DNA of 64,000 nt from Oligoflexia bacterium (GCA_903895855.1 CAITVN010000238.1:10331-74330); one strand, 5' to 3'; shown: positions 38,680 to 48,723, numbered from the stretch's first letter. The notes: a model not told the origin generated them from the sequence alone. Numbers and translations: made by a program.

Positions 38680-39501
38680 ATGAATAAAACGATCTATCAG
38701 TACCGCGATTATAAAAAGTATTTGCACGATTACATTCAGAGTCAGCCCGGCAAAGGCTACGGATTTCGCTCTCGCATCGCCGAAACCACCCACTGCGATA
38801 CCGCCTACGTGTCGCAAGTTCTTAGGCAAAACGCGCACTTTAGCTTAGAGCAAGCCGAAGATTTGAACGACTTGCTCGGCCACACTCAAGACGAGTCTGA
38901 GTACTTCTTATTGCTCATTCAACTGGCTCGGGCCGGTACCCCAAAACTTCGCGCGCGAACTGAAAAACTTTTGCAGGGCTATATCGAAAAGAGTCAGGTT
39001 CTCAAACATCGCGTAGATATCAAACAAACGTTGGGCGAGCTCGATCAAGTGAGGTATTACAGCGCTTGGTATTATGCCGCTGTTCACATCTTAATTGCGA
39101 TACCCGAATTTCGAACCCGTGATTTGATCGCAGCGAGGTTAGGATTGTCTTCTGAAAAGGTTTCGCAGATTTTAGAATTTTTACTCTCAGTCGGGCTCGC
39201 CTCAAAACTTGGCGACCACTATTCAATCGGCACCAATCGCATTTTCTTGGGTAACGATTCGATGATGCTCTCGAAGCACCACAATAATTGGCGAGTTAAA
39301 GCCATCGAGATGATTAATCGTAACTCGCTTCAAGGCGATCTGAACCTTCATCTGTCGACTGTTCTTAGTTTTGCCAAAAAAGACGTCGCAGCCGTAAAAG
39401 AAAAACTCATTCAAGGCATCGAAGAAGCCAGAAAGATCGTTCGCGAATCAAATCCAGAAGAAGACATCTACTGCCTGGGGGTTGATTTTTTTCGGTTATA
39501 A
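38680..39501 (+). CDS. TIGR02147/DUF4423 family HTH protein
   Basis: IYQYRDYKKYL, YVSQVL, YYSAWYYAAVH, HHNNWR, YCLGVDFF. Confidence 0.9.
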   Translation: MNKTIYQYRDYKKYLHDYIQSQPGKGYGFRSRIAETTHCDTAYVSQVLRQNAHFSLEQAEDLNDLLGHTQDESEYFLLLIQLARAGTPKLRARTEKLLQGYIEKSQVLKHRVDIKQTLGELDQVRYYSAWYYAAVHILIAIPEFRTRDLIAARLGLSSEKVSQILEFLLSVGLASKLGDHYSIGTNRIFLGNDSMMLSKHHNNWRVKAIEMINRNSLQGDLNLHLSTVLSFAKKDVAAVKEKLIQGIEEARKIVRESNPEEDIYCLGVDFFRL

Positions 39502-39595
39502 AATTTTGGGGGCCCTCCCAAATAAAGAGGCCGTACCAAAAAAATCGTCGCTGTCTGAGACAATTGTTAAGAAATATCGAGTGACGCAGCCAGCA

Positions 39596-40282
39596 TCACA
39601 AACGGATCAGATCCCTTTTGGTGGAGATCCCTTTAGGTGGTGGGGGCAGGCCGAAAACCGAAAGCGCGCGGTCGAAGATGCGAAAGCTGTTCTTCGAGTC
39701 GTCGAGAATTCGGCGGTTCGGGCAGACAATCGCTTCGTTGGCAAAATCGGCTTCGTTCACATCAGCAGGCACCGCCGCTGTGGCGGTCACTCCCTCGGCT
39801 GGTTTTCTCGGCGCGCATTTTTCTTCGATCTCTGCCAAAATCTTTTGATATTTCTCGATGTCTTTGGGATCAGTCGGATCAGCCACGGCAACGCCTTCGG
39901 GCTTGCACCGATAAAACGCCGGTACTTCGTTTGACCAAATCATCGGCGTCGAAACAATCGCATTTTGCCCGAGCTTCGCGTGCACTTCTTTTCGGTAAGC
40001 GGCACTGGTGTTGAGGTCGACGATTTCGCCGTATTGAGTGGCTACCCAAAAACTGAAGTGATCTCCCCAACAGCCTGCCCAAAAGGGCGTGTTGTCTTCG
40101 AGAATTTCGATCCACGCGACCGGGCCGTACATGATGCGCGACTCGATGCCGTTGAGTTTGAGCGCGTGCACGACGGCTCCGCAGACCATGAGTGGCACTT
40201 CTACTCGGTCACCCATCACGCGATCGATGACTTTGGTGACGACTTTTGAAACGTTAGCTATGACTGAGAGGGGTGTTTCCAT
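39596..40282 (-). CDS. Conserved-looking hypothetical protein
   Basis: ATG 40282 overlapping the DUF423 gene end; AL..NGI.SRI.YG / FWV..GEIVDL pattern. Confidence 0.6.
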   Translation of the reverse strand: METPLSVIANVSKVVTKVIDRVMGDRVEVPLMVCGAVVHALKLNGIESRIMYGPVAWIEILEDNTPFWAGCWGDHFSFWVATQYGEIVDLNTSAAYRKEVHAKLGQNAIVSTPMIWSNEVPAFYRCKPEGVAVADPTDPKDIEKYQKILAEIEEKCAPRKPAEGVTATAAVPADVNEADFANEAIVCPNRRILDDSKNSFRIFDRALSVFGLPPPPKGISTKRDLIRL

Positions 40283-40752
40283 ACGGTACTCGCAAATGAA
40301 AGCCAACCCAGCATGAACGCCACTCCACCGAAAGGTGTGACGGCTCCCCAGGCTTTGACTTGGGTTAATGAAAGAATGTAAAGCGAACCCGAAAAAAGAA
40401 TGATGCCAAAGAGAAAGAGCCACGAGGCACTTCCCACTTTTGCGACAGTTGTAGGGGAGTTGGTGGAATCGCTATGAGCAGGACCAGCGCGATCTATTGC
40501 CGAGTTCTTGTTACCGTCAGCGCCACCCGAAGTGAGGGCTTCGAGCGTAACGGCGTTTTGTTGAACTAATCCGTAGATGCCAACCAAAACTAACGCGAGC
40601 GCATGGTAAAACTGATACTTAACGGCAACTTCGTAGGTTTCAAGTGCCTGAGGGCTCATCACCGCCTTAAGGGCGTGGGCACCAAAGGCCCCGGTTGCCA
40701 CTGAGGCGAAGCTTAAGATTGAACCGATTAAAATACTGAAGCGTGGGTGCAT
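40258..40752 (-). CDS. DUF423 (YgdD/TMEM256) membrane protein
   Basis: GAFGAHAL, AVKYQFYHALAL, LFSGSLY, GAVTPFGG. Confidence 0.9.
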   Translation of the reverse strand: MHPRFSILIGSILSFASVATGAFGAHALKAVMSPQALETYEVAVKYQFYHALALVLVGIYGLVQQNAVTLEALTSGGADGNKNSAIDRAGPAHSDSTNSPTTVAKVGSASWLFLFGIILFSGSLYILSLTQVKAWGAVTPFGGVAFMLGWLSFASTVWKHPSQS

Positions 40753-40795
40753 GTCACTTTGCGTAGCAAAAAAACCAGGATATGCAAGATAAGAC

Positions 40796-41074
40796 ATGAG
40801 CCAAAAAGAAACACCCCCAAAGAGAGTTCAAGAAACGCCTTCAGGAACCGCGAGCGAAACTCCGGTCACGGCATCGCCAAACAGTGGCTTAGCTTCAAAA
40901 CAGCTAGGGCACTTGGGCCCAGCCCCCGGGCATGAACAAGAATCATTGGGCACGGGAGTCAAGAAACACCCCGTAGTTCTGTACATCATTCTCAACGTCG
41001 TGCTTTTCTTCTTTATGCTCATTATGGGCATGGTGGCCTACAAGAGTGGGTGCATTCCGACTCGCGGAATTTGA
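40796..41074 (+). CDS. Small single-TM hypothetical protein
   Basis: Disordered N-terminus, C-terminal TM. Confidence 0.55.
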   Translation: MSQKETPPKRVQETPSGTASETPVTASPNSGLASKQLGHLGPAPGHEQESLGTGVKKHPVVLYIILNVVLFFFMLIMGMVAYKSGCIPTRGI

Positions 41075-41154
41075 GTTTAGCCCTTTTAGCCTCTAGACAA
41101 AGCGCCTCGGTTCGTTTAAATTTCGATTTCTCACCACTTGATGGTTGAGTCTGT

Positions 41155-41230
41155 TGGTCAGTAGCTCAGTTGGTAGAGCAATCGGCTGTTAACCGATCGG
41201 TCGTAGGTTCGAGTCCTACCTGGCCAGCCA
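41155..41230 (+). tRNA. tRNA-Asn(GTT)
   Basis: TGGTCAG acceptor, TAGCTCAGTTGGTAGAGC, ATCGG-CTGTTAA-CCGAT anticodon arm, GGTTCGAGTCC, CCA. Confidence 0.97.
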
Positions 41231-41239
41231 TTAAAATAA

Positions 41240-41276
41240 AGGCTCAGTGCTTGAAAAAGCGCTGGGCCTTTTTTTA
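41240..41276 (+). terminator. Intrinsic terminator after tRNA-Asn
   Basis: aggctcagtgc...gcgctgggcct followed by a T-run. Confidence 0.75.
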
Positions 41277-41317
41277 TGGTCGTGAGCACGGCGCTGACTT
41301 TGAAGGCGCTTCGCGCT

Positions 41318-42868
41318 TTATAGACTTGGATTCACGGATCCGGCTGATTCTTTCAATAACTGATAGATCACCGTGGCAAGCGGCTGTGGAGTCGGTGTAC
41401 CGACGCGTCCTTGGTCTATCCCCTGGGAAGTGGTTGCCAATGACGCTTTTTTCGCGAGCACCGCCCACTCGGGTGGCAGCGCCCTTTGTGAGAGCGAACT
41501 GGCTTCGACGGCCGATTTATTTGGCAGATCGAAATCAACAAATGAGTACGCCAGTGTGCCGGGTTCGATGTACCAGGCCAGATCGGGGTGGTTGAGTCTT
41601 GATGGACCATACCACTCACCGCCGAGTATCATCGAGTCGTTGTCAAGCTCAAGAGTGTAGCGAAATGTTTGTTCACGAATAAACGGGATTGAATCAACCG
41701 TGCGCGGCGTGTGATCAAGTTCAGTTAGTTCGTCGCGAAACTGAATAGTCATTTCAATGCCGACAACATGACTGGTAAGTTTATCGGCTCGGGCCAAGAG
41801 CGAACTCATTTTTGGTTCACTCACTGATGCTGATACAAGAGAGTCGAGGAAACGACCAGTTTTTTGCCCAGTGAGCGGATTAAAATACTGAAAACGGTAA
41901 CCAAAAACGGGCACGTTCAAAACACTATTCAGAGATCGGTCGACGATGAGTCCATGCTTTTCGACGCCGATCAGATTAACAAGTAGTAAGTGAAGAAATG
42001 CCGGATTAATACCACGGCAACGTGGGGTGTTGGTGACATTCGTTTCATTTTTTGACTGACACTGTTCGCCGTAAACCCGGATGAGTTGGTCGTTGGTGTG
42101 AATGTATGAATTCGACCACAGAAGAGAAATCAGTGCTTCAAGGTCTTCTGGGTAAAATGGAATCACTTGGCCACTTGCGGTGACTGCATTGACTGGCTTA
42201 ATGGGGCGCGAAAGAGCTAGCGCAGCAGGAGCCATGCCGTGACAAAGACCTGACCAAAGTGTGATGGCTTTTCGATCTTTGAGGTCTCTCAATTGTTCAA
42301 AGACTTGGCGGGTTAGCGAGAATTCAGAGTCTCCGACGAGAAGGTCATATTTGATCGAGGGTGAAAAAAGTTTTCGAGATTCGAGAGGTAGGTTGAGGAG
42401 TGTCGTGCGATCAAGTGGCCAGAGATTCGAAAGGTAGTCTATTGTGTCATCAATTTTCGATACGGGGTCTTTGAGTTGTGAAGCGTACCGATCAAACTTT
42501 GGATCATTGCTTGGTCTCGCTATTCCGCCTAGTCGGTGTGGCCAATTAATTGAAGTCCACGGAATATTTTCTAGGCGCGCTTGTTGAAGGCCTGATGCCT
42601 CGATCAGTTTGAGTGATCTGAGTTGCAGTAGTTTCGGGGCCTCCTTTGCGGCATTTCCCCAAAGAGCTTGTAATGAAGAATCGAGATGATCACCAGAGAG
42701 TGTGTCTTGTAAAAACGCTAGCGACTGATCGCTCGGTTCAAGAAAGCTCTCAGCCTCTGATGTGACCGTACAAAACAGCGCGAAAACGCAGCTCAGGCTT
42801 AGACACAATAGTTGCACGCGAGTTCGCAACTGTTGTGGCACGAATGGGCTGAAGTTTACGTTGGACAT
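41318..42868 (-). CDS. Transglutaminase-elicitor (GP42-like) family secreted protein
   Basis: IPWTSINWP, FSPSIKYDLL, WSGLCHG, NPAFLH, YTLELD...GGEW...HPDLAW. Confidence 0.75.
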   Translation of the reverse strand: MSNVNFSPFVPQQLRTRVQLLCLSLSCVFALFCTVTSEAESFLEPSDQSLAFLQDTLSGDHLDSSLQALWGNAAKEAPKLLQLRSLKLIEASGLQQARLENIPWTSINWPHRLGGIARPSNDPKFDRYASQLKDPVSKIDDTIDYLSNLWPLDRTTLLNLPLESRKLFSPSIKYDLLVGDSEFSLTRQVFEQLRDLKDRKAITLWSGLCHGMAPAALALSRPIKPVNAVTASGQVIPFYPEDLEALISLLWSNSYIHTNDQLIRVYGEQCQSKNETNVTNTPRCRGINPAFLHLLLVNLIGVEKHGLIVDRSLNSVLNVPVFGYRFQYFNPLTGQKTGRFLDSLVSASVSEPKMSSLLARADKLTSHVVGIEMTIQFRDELTELDHTPRTVDSIPFIREQTFRYTLELDNDSMILGGEWYGPSRLNHPDLAWYIEPGTLAYSFVDFDLPNKSAVEASSLSQRALPPEWAVLAKKASLATTSQGIDQGRVGTPTPQPLATVIYQLLKESAGSVNPSL

Positions 42869-43163
42869 TGCAGGGTTATTGCATTGTTGATTAAAATAGT
42901 CAAGAAATACCAAGGCTTGTGCCCTCGGGCTTGATGGTGAAATCGGCGCCACGCATCACCTTTTGCTTAAGTTTGTGAACATCTGTATTTATAAGGTACT
43001 GATAATATTCATCAATATTATTTATACGTTAATTCAGGATTGAATTTTGTGACCATCTAGTTTCAATTTTAAGACTCAACTGAGACTATTTAACTATCAG
43101 AAGGTGGTCGCAAACAAGTGACTACGAACAAGAAGAACGTCAGTTAACCAAGGAGTCGTATCA

Positions 43164-43913
43164 ATGCAAGTCAGTAAGAAAATCAGTGCGAAAACGTGTT
43201 CAAAAGTGAGTAAAAACAATTTCAAGAAAAAGATGATCGTCGGCACAGCCGTCGTCTCTGCACTCACCTTCAGCCATTTGGGCTGTTTAGGCAAGACAAC
43301 CGCAACCCCTACCACCCCAGTTGATGTCGCCACGGTGGCGGCAGGCCCCGTCAGTCTGCAAAGCCGTGCCTTTCAAGCTTCTTCAGCCTCGATGCTCGAT
43401 TTGAAAACTGCGATCTCGGTTAGCCAACCTGTCTTAGCTGTACCGATTACGAGTTTTAGTTTCTGTGTGACCCAACTAAAAATCGAATCTGATGGCGGCA
43501 CCGCAATTCAGAAAGACGGCAAAGACGCGATCGAAGCTAAGATTGGCCTCGTTTCGACTGGTGAGGGCTCATCGGCTACGAACTGGGGTCAGGTTGATAT
43601 TCCGACTGGGTCGGCGGTGAAGAAAATCAAAATCGAAGTTCACAAAGATGCCGAGCTGTGCGGAGTTGATTATTCAGTCAAGCTCAACGATACTTCACTA
43701 GCTAAAGATGTTGAATTTACATTCACCTTTGCCACCGCAAAAGATGTCACCGAAAGCGGCGTGGTGACTCTCGACTTGGGCTCACTGTTGACTGCGTTTT
43801 CAGAAGCGCTCAGCGCTGGGCAATTCAATGACGAACAAATTTCTCACTACTTAGAGCAAGTTGGAGAAGGAGAATGCACCGATGAAGAAGCCGAAGTTGA
43901 GAACCACAAGTAA
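43164..43913 (+). CDS. Lipoprotein, paralogue of 44762-45448
   Basis: Lipobox HLGC; FSFCVTQLKI, WG.V..P.G, EVHKDAELC. Confidence 0.75.
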   Translation: MQVSKKISAKTCSKVSKNNFKKKMIVGTAVVSALTFSHLGCLGKTTATPTTPVDVATVAAGPVSLQSRAFQASSASMLDLKTAISVSQPVLAVPITSFSFCVTQLKIESDGGTAIQKDGKDAIEAKIGLVSTGEGSSATNWGQVDIPTGSAVKKIKIEVHKDAELCGVDYSVKLNDTSLAKDVEFTFTFATAKDVTESGVVTLDLGSLLTAFSEALSAGQFNDEQISHYLEQVGEGECTDEEAEVENHK

Positions 43914-44751
43914 TTCAAGGCCGGTACCGAGTGTTTACGAGTACCACGATTATCGAAAGTTTCTTCAAGACTGGCTCTCCTCACAAAAGGGGGGCCAGTC
44001 ACCTCTCTCGATTCGAAGGTGGGCAGAGAGAGCCGGTCTGGCTGCAAGTTACCTCTCGATGATTATGGGCGGCTCACGCCCCCTCACTCAAAAAACATTA
44101 CGTCAATTACGGCCAACCATGGGTCTTAATCAATCTGAGTTTGAATACCTAGAAAAACTGGTCTCGGTTGAAGAGGCAAAAACGTCGAGTGAAAGTGTGA
44201 GTGAATTATCAAAACTACAAAAACTTCGGGCGTATCAGAAAAGTCACCCGAAAGAGTTCGATAACTACCAGTACCTTGCCCGCTGGTACTGTGTTGCGAT
44301 TCGCGAAATGGCCGACCTGAAAGATTTCAAGCTTGATGCCCAATGGATTCAAAAACGGCTGCAAGGGCGAGTTGAGCTCGCAGAGATAAAAAAAGCGATC
44401 GACTTTCTACTTGAGCGCAAGTTTCTCATTCGCGGAGAAAATGACCAAATCGAAATACCTGAAAAAACTCTTGAGTGTCGCGGTGGAGTTTATCGAATTT
44501 CGCTAGGTCAGTTTCATCGCGAGATGTTTGATCTAGCTGCACAATCAATTGATCAGGTAAATTCAAAAGAGCGACACTTACTCGGCCACACAGTCACCTT
44601 GACCGTCGAGGGTTACGAAAAGGCCGTGGCAATCATTGAAAAAGCAATTGAAGATATTTCGAATATCGATCGCGGGTCTAAAGGTGATCGAGTGGTACAG
44701 ATTCAAGCAGCTTTATTTCCATTAACTAAGTTGAAGGCCATCGAACCCTAA
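43882..44751 (+). CDS. TIGR02147/DUF4423 family HTH protein
   Basis: VYEYHDYRKFL, SIRRWAERAGL, RWYCVAIREM, FHREM..LA..SI, QAALFPLT. Confidence 0.9.
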   Translation: MKKPKLRTTSNSRPVPSVYEYHDYRKFLQDWLSSQKGGQSPLSIRRWAERAGLAASYLSMIMGGSRPLTQKTLRQLRPTMGLNQSEFEYLEKLVSVEEAKTSSESVSELSKLQKLRAYQKSHPKEFDNYQYLARWYCVAIREMADLKDFKLDAQWIQKRLQGRVELAEIKKAIDFLLERKFLIRGENDQIEIPEKTLECRGGVYRISLGQFHREMFDLAAQSIDQVNSKERHLLGHTVTLTVEGYEKAVAIIEKAIEDISNIDRGSKGDRVVQIQAALFPLTKLKAIEP

Positions 44752-44761
44752 AGGAGCCGAT

Positions 44762-45448
44762 ATGAAGATTTACAATCCCAATAGTCAGATTTTTACGAAG
44801 AAGGTTTGGATTGCAACACTGTCGGCGGTAGTTAGCGCGTCGGTGCTGGCATTTTTGACTTCGGGCTGTGGTAAGAGTTCTTCTGGTGATGTGGCTCGAA
44901 CCACTACAGGAAACCCACCCGGCTCAGTGAGTTTGCAAAGTGGATCATACTCAACGGCCCTGTCGGCATCGTTGCTCGATCGACTTTCATTTCAGGCGAC
45001 AGTCAGTGAGTTTAAGTTTTGCATCACGAAACTTAAACTAAAGAGCGAAGATGGTGCAGCGGTTAAAGATTCGACCGGCAGTGAAAGCATCGAGACAAAA
45101 CTTGGATGGATTGATATTTCGAACTCAGCAGTCGCAACCAAGTGGGGTGATGTCACCATGCCTGTGGGGTTCAATCTGAAAGAACTTTCAGTTGAAATTC
45201 ATAAAGACGCCGAGCTTTGTCCAGCCTCAACCGAGTATTCAATGCTCTTTAATGGAGATGGGCTGAAAAAAGATCTTGAATTCAAATTTGAGTTTAGCCC
45301 GGTGGTTTCGGTTGCCTCGGGTGATACCTTAACCTTAAGTCTGGGCACCATTGCTAAAGCGTTATCAGATGCGGCCACTGCTGGTAAGCTAAATGACGAA
45401 GAAGTGAGTTCTTACCTCGAAGGAAAATCAGGTAGCGGCCAAGAGTGA
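44762..45448 (+). CDS. Lipoprotein, paralogue of 43164-43913
   Basis: Lipobox TSGC, TTTGNP, FKFCITKLKL, EIHKDAELC; AAGGAG RBS. Confidence 0.75.
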   Translation: MKIYNPNSQIFTKKVWIATLSAVVSASVLAFLTSGCGKSSSGDVARTTTGNPPGSVSLQSGSYSTALSASLLDRLSFQATVSEFKFCITKLKLKSEDGAAVKDSTGSESIETKLGWIDISNSAVATKWGDVTMPVGFNLKELSVEIHKDAELCPASTEYSMLFNGDGLKKDLEFKFEFSPVVSVASGDTLTLSLGTIAKALSDAATAGKLNDEEVSSYLEGKSGSGQE

Positions 45449-45485
45449 GTGAGGCCTCGATTTTTTTCGAAGGTTCTCGGCGCGA

Positions 45486-45953
45486 CTACTTAGGGCTTTT
45501 CTTCACATTGGCTTCGCCAGCCACGACGTTGAATGTCGCGGTGGCCATTGCTACTGGTTTCTTTGAGCCGCGTTTGTAAAGTAAACCGTGCACAACGCAA
45601 AGTCGTTTGCCGCGAAACATCACTTGGGTACGAGCCTCAAGCGTATCGCCTAGTTCTATTGGCCGAAAGTAATTTACTTTGAGTTCGACTGTTGAACAGT
45701 AATCGAATTTACTCAGGGTCGTGAAGCAGGCAGCTCCGCAAGCGAAATCAAAAAACGCTGAAACGACTCCGCCATGAACTCTTCCGGCGGGTGAAAGGTG
45801 GTCGTCACGCACTTCGAGTGATGCGAAAGCTTTGAAGAGTTTGCGGTCTACTTTATAGACATCGTAACCTAACCATCTTCCAAACAAGTCTGGGTGTTCG
45901 TAGTTTTGAAGCCCAAACATAGACTTCGATGTCGACTTGATTTTCTTTTTCAT
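45486..45953 (-). CDS. PaaI family hotdog thioesterase
   Basis: GRVHGGVVSAFFD, TVELKVNYFRP. Confidence 0.9.
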   Translation of the reverse strand: MKKKIKSTSKSMFGLQNYEHPDLFGRWLGYDVYKVDRKLFKAFASLEVRDDHLSPAGRVHGGVVSAFFDFACGAACFTTLSKFDYCSTVELKVNYFRPIELGDTLEARTQVMFRGKRLCVVHGLLYKRGSKKPVAMATATFNVVAGEANVKKSPK

Positions 45954-45976
45954 GATTGTTGGCTATTTGATCACTA

Positions 45977-46558
45977 TTACGCGGCCTGGTCAACAGAGTT
46001 ACTGGGTGGAATGGGCACCGCAGGTGCTACCAGTTCTTGGCTTGGCAGTGCGTTGATTGATTGAAATCCGCGCTTAATCACGATAGTGCCAACAATTGCG
46101 TCGTGCCAGCACTGGTTCTTTTTGTTCCAGAGTATCGCAATAAAACCTAGGCCAAAGGGTAGTGCTGAGACCACGGTTGATAGATTTCTTAGAACCGCTC
46201 TGTAGATGCCGAATTTTCTTCCGTCGGCCGAGACCACCTGTATGCCGACAATTCGCTTACCTAAAGTTGAGCCAGTCAGGCCTTGAAGCAATATCGAGTT
46301 GAAGACTCCAAACACCAAAGCCCAAAAATACATTCCTAAAACCATGCCTGCAGAAATCGCATTTTCTTGGGCTTCTTTTGGCTGATTCGCCCCCAGAATC
46401 ATTCCCGCAACCACAGCGCCAAAGATGGCTCCGCCGAATTGAGCTGCTGTCGAGAAGATGGTATCAATGATGTAGGCCAGCAGGCGCTGGCCCTTGCCTC
46501 CCATTGGAATTTCAATGGCGTGCGGTACTAACTCTAATTGGTTATTTGGTGGGTTCAT
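45977..46558 (-). CDS. RDD family membrane protein
   Basis: RLLAYIID, GSTLGKRIVGIQV, QCWHDAIVGT. Confidence 0.9.
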   Translation of the reverse strand: MNPPNNQLELVPHAIEIPMGGKGQRLLAYIIDTIFSTAAQFGGAIFGAVVAGMILGANQPKEAQENAISAGMVLGMYFWALVFGVFNSILLQGLTGSTLGKRIVGIQVVSADGRKFGIYRAVLRNLSTVVSALPFGLGFIAILWNKKNQCWHDAIVGTIVIKRGFQSINALPSQELVAPAVPIPPSNSVDQAA

Positions 46559-46720
46559 ACCTAGCATTTCGGTGCATTAGCCCATTTGCCTAAGCGTGTT
46601 AACAGTTTAGGTGTGGCCAAAATGACACAAAAATAATTTAAAAACGAAAATGACTTGGCATAGGTATTTGAATGGGTAGTTGTACCAACGCGAGCGAACG
46701 ATAGAAAGTGAGCCTTGATT

Positions 46721-47794
46721 ATGAACCTGATTATGAAATTGAAGTCCATGGCGGTGCTGATTTTGGTGGGGGTCGCCACTGTTCATGCTGGGGCCCCAAT
46801 TCAAGACAATCCTGATTTTCTCTCAGCTAATGACTCTGGAAAAGTTGTCGTAGCGGTGATTGATACGGGAGTTGACTACACTCACAAAGACCTCGCCGGA
46901 AGTATTTGGCAGTCAGATGCTACTCCATTTGACTTGCCCTCAGATTTTAACGACGGTTATGCGACTCTGCACGGTTGGGATTTTCGAGATAACGATGCGT
47001 ATCCTTATGACTGCTTGAAGCCAATCGCTACCGTGAATGGTAATTCTTGGTTTGCTCCAATCATTGAGATGTTTCAATCAGATGGTCATGGCACGCACGT
47101 GGCAGGCATCATTAAGAAGATCGGGGTTGACGTTTCGATCATGCCCTTACGAATTGATTATCGAAGCATGAATTTCTTGAAACAGGTCATTTCAGCGGTA
47201 GAATTTGCGGCAAAGGGGCGGGCGAAAATCGTGAACATGAGTTTCGGATTTTATCAAGATGATCTCAACCCGCCTTCGCCCGAAGACTTAAACGAGCTGG
47301 CACGTACGATTGAGCGACATCCTGAGATGTTATTTGTGATCGCAGCCGGAAACGAAAATCGTGACATGGTGGTCGAGCGCAAGGTCTTGATGCCAGCCGG
47401 TCTGCCCTTGCACAATATTGTCATCGTTGGGGCTGTGAACGATGATGGTGCCTTGGCCGATTTTAGCAACATCGGCGAGGGTCTAGTCGATATCTTCGCC
47501 CCCGGCGTTGACATTCGAAGCACGTGGCCAGGCAATAGCTATCGCCTCAAAAGTGGCACTTCGATGGCAACTCCATTCGTAGTAGGGGCAGCAGCGAGAA
47601 TTGTGAGTAGCCGCTTAGACATTTCTGGTGCAGATTTGAAGTCGCTACTTTTAGGCCATACACGAAAAATTCCGGCCTTGTTCACCAAGAAAGAAAAGAG
47701 TTTCATCAACACTTGGCCCATTGAAATACCCGTGATGCTCAAGAGCGACTTGCCTAGGTTCGGGCACTACGGAAGCAAGCAAGTAAAGCCGTAG
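46721..47794 (+). CDS. Secreted S8 (subtilisin-like) serine protease
   Basis: VAVIDTG, HGTHVAG, AAGN, GTSMATP. Confidence 0.92.
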   Translation: MNLIMKLKSMAVLILVGVATVHAGAPIQDNPDFLSANDSGKVVVAVIDTGVDYTHKDLAGSIWQSDATPFDLPSDFNDGYATLHGWDFRDNDAYPYDCLKPIATVNGNSWFAPIIEMFQSDGHGTHVAGIIKKIGVDVSIMPLRIDYRSMNFLKQVISAVEFAAKGRAKIVNMSFGFYQDDLNPPSPEDLNELARTIERHPEMLFVIAAGNENRDMVVERKVLMPAGLPLHNIVIVGAVNDDGALADFSNIGEGLVDIFAPGVDIRSTWPGNSYRLKSGTSMATPFVVGAAARIVSSRLDISGADLKSLLLGHTRKIPALFTKKEKSFINTWPIEIPVMLKSDLPRFGHYGSKQVKP

Positions 47795-48576
47795 GTGCCG
47801 TTTCCAGTACAAGAGTTGGTATTCGAATAGATAAGCCGAATGAGTTGATCGGGTGGGCCGTTGAAACTCTTCTTAAAGTCATACCGAAGGCTGTAGTAGC
47901 TATCATCGGTCTGAGCGACACAACTGGTGCCTGCAGAAAAAATACCTGGTTGAAAATATGACCCAGCAGTGTCGACTTTGACGGTTCCCAATTTAGGGTC
48001 TGCTGGCAATTGAGCTAAAGACGTAACGCCAAGAATAAAAACCTTTTTCGTGTCGCTCACTTCTTCAGGTGTTTTACAATACTTGATGGTCCATGTAGAT
48101 GTGGCAAAATCGTACGATGCCTTATACTCCTTTTTATTCAGGTTTAGCTTCAGATAGAAACTCGGAAGAGTGTAGGCGCAGATGACCTCTGATTTGATCG
48201 GTTTTGCAAAATTTTCGCTTCCATTTGGGCCGTCTGGGTAATAGACGTAGCTGTCTTTTGGAGCAAACGTGCCAACCACCGTTTTCGGCAAGTCCGAGGA
48301 GTAGGCCCACTTAGCTTCACCGGTCACATCGAAGGTGAACGTCGCAGGGCAGGCTACAGGCTTTTGAGAAGGCGGCTTTTGCGTCGGTGCAGGCGTAGGC
48401 GTAGGTGTAGGAGAAGGTGTCGCTTTCTGTATGGGTACCGCATTCGCGCGCATGAGGTTGATAGGTAGTGACCCTCCCCCTCTAGGGGTGCCGGCAAAAC
48501 TCGAGGCCGCACTGAGTGCTATCGCCACTGATAATTTAACTGAAATCGTAACAACGAATTGTGCCTGACTCATCAT
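47767..48576 (-). CDS. Hypothetical secreted protein with PT-rich linker
   Basis: Signal peptide ending SFA; TPSPTPTPTP linker; paired Cys. Confidence 0.65.
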   Translation of the reverse strand: MMSQAQFVVTISVKLSVAIALSAASSFAGTPRGGGSLPINLMRANAVPIQKATPSPTPTPTPAPTQKPPSQKPVACPATFTFDVTGEAKWAYSSDLPKTVVGTFAPKDSYVYYPDGPNGSENFAKPIKSEVICAYTLPSFYLKLNLNKKEYKASYDFATSTWTIKYCKTPEEVSDTKKVFILGVTSLAQLPADPKLGTVKVDTAGSYFQPGIFSAGTSCVAQTDDSYYSLRYDFKKSFNGPPDQLIRLIYSNTNSCTGNGTYGFTCLLP

Positions 48577-48723
48577 TCTGTCCCCCTAAGTTCAATTTCA
48601 AACTGATTTAACAATTAGACAACAAAAGGCAAATCTTCGTCTTTGAAAGGTGTCACTTATGACACTCTGTTTTCGGTGGGTTTCATGGCTTACCATTAAG
48701 AGACTAGCAGGGGTAGCTTATCT

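Noticed and set aside
41170-41595. 141-aa + strand ORF
   Set aside because: Starts inside tRNA-Asn and is antisense to a real gene
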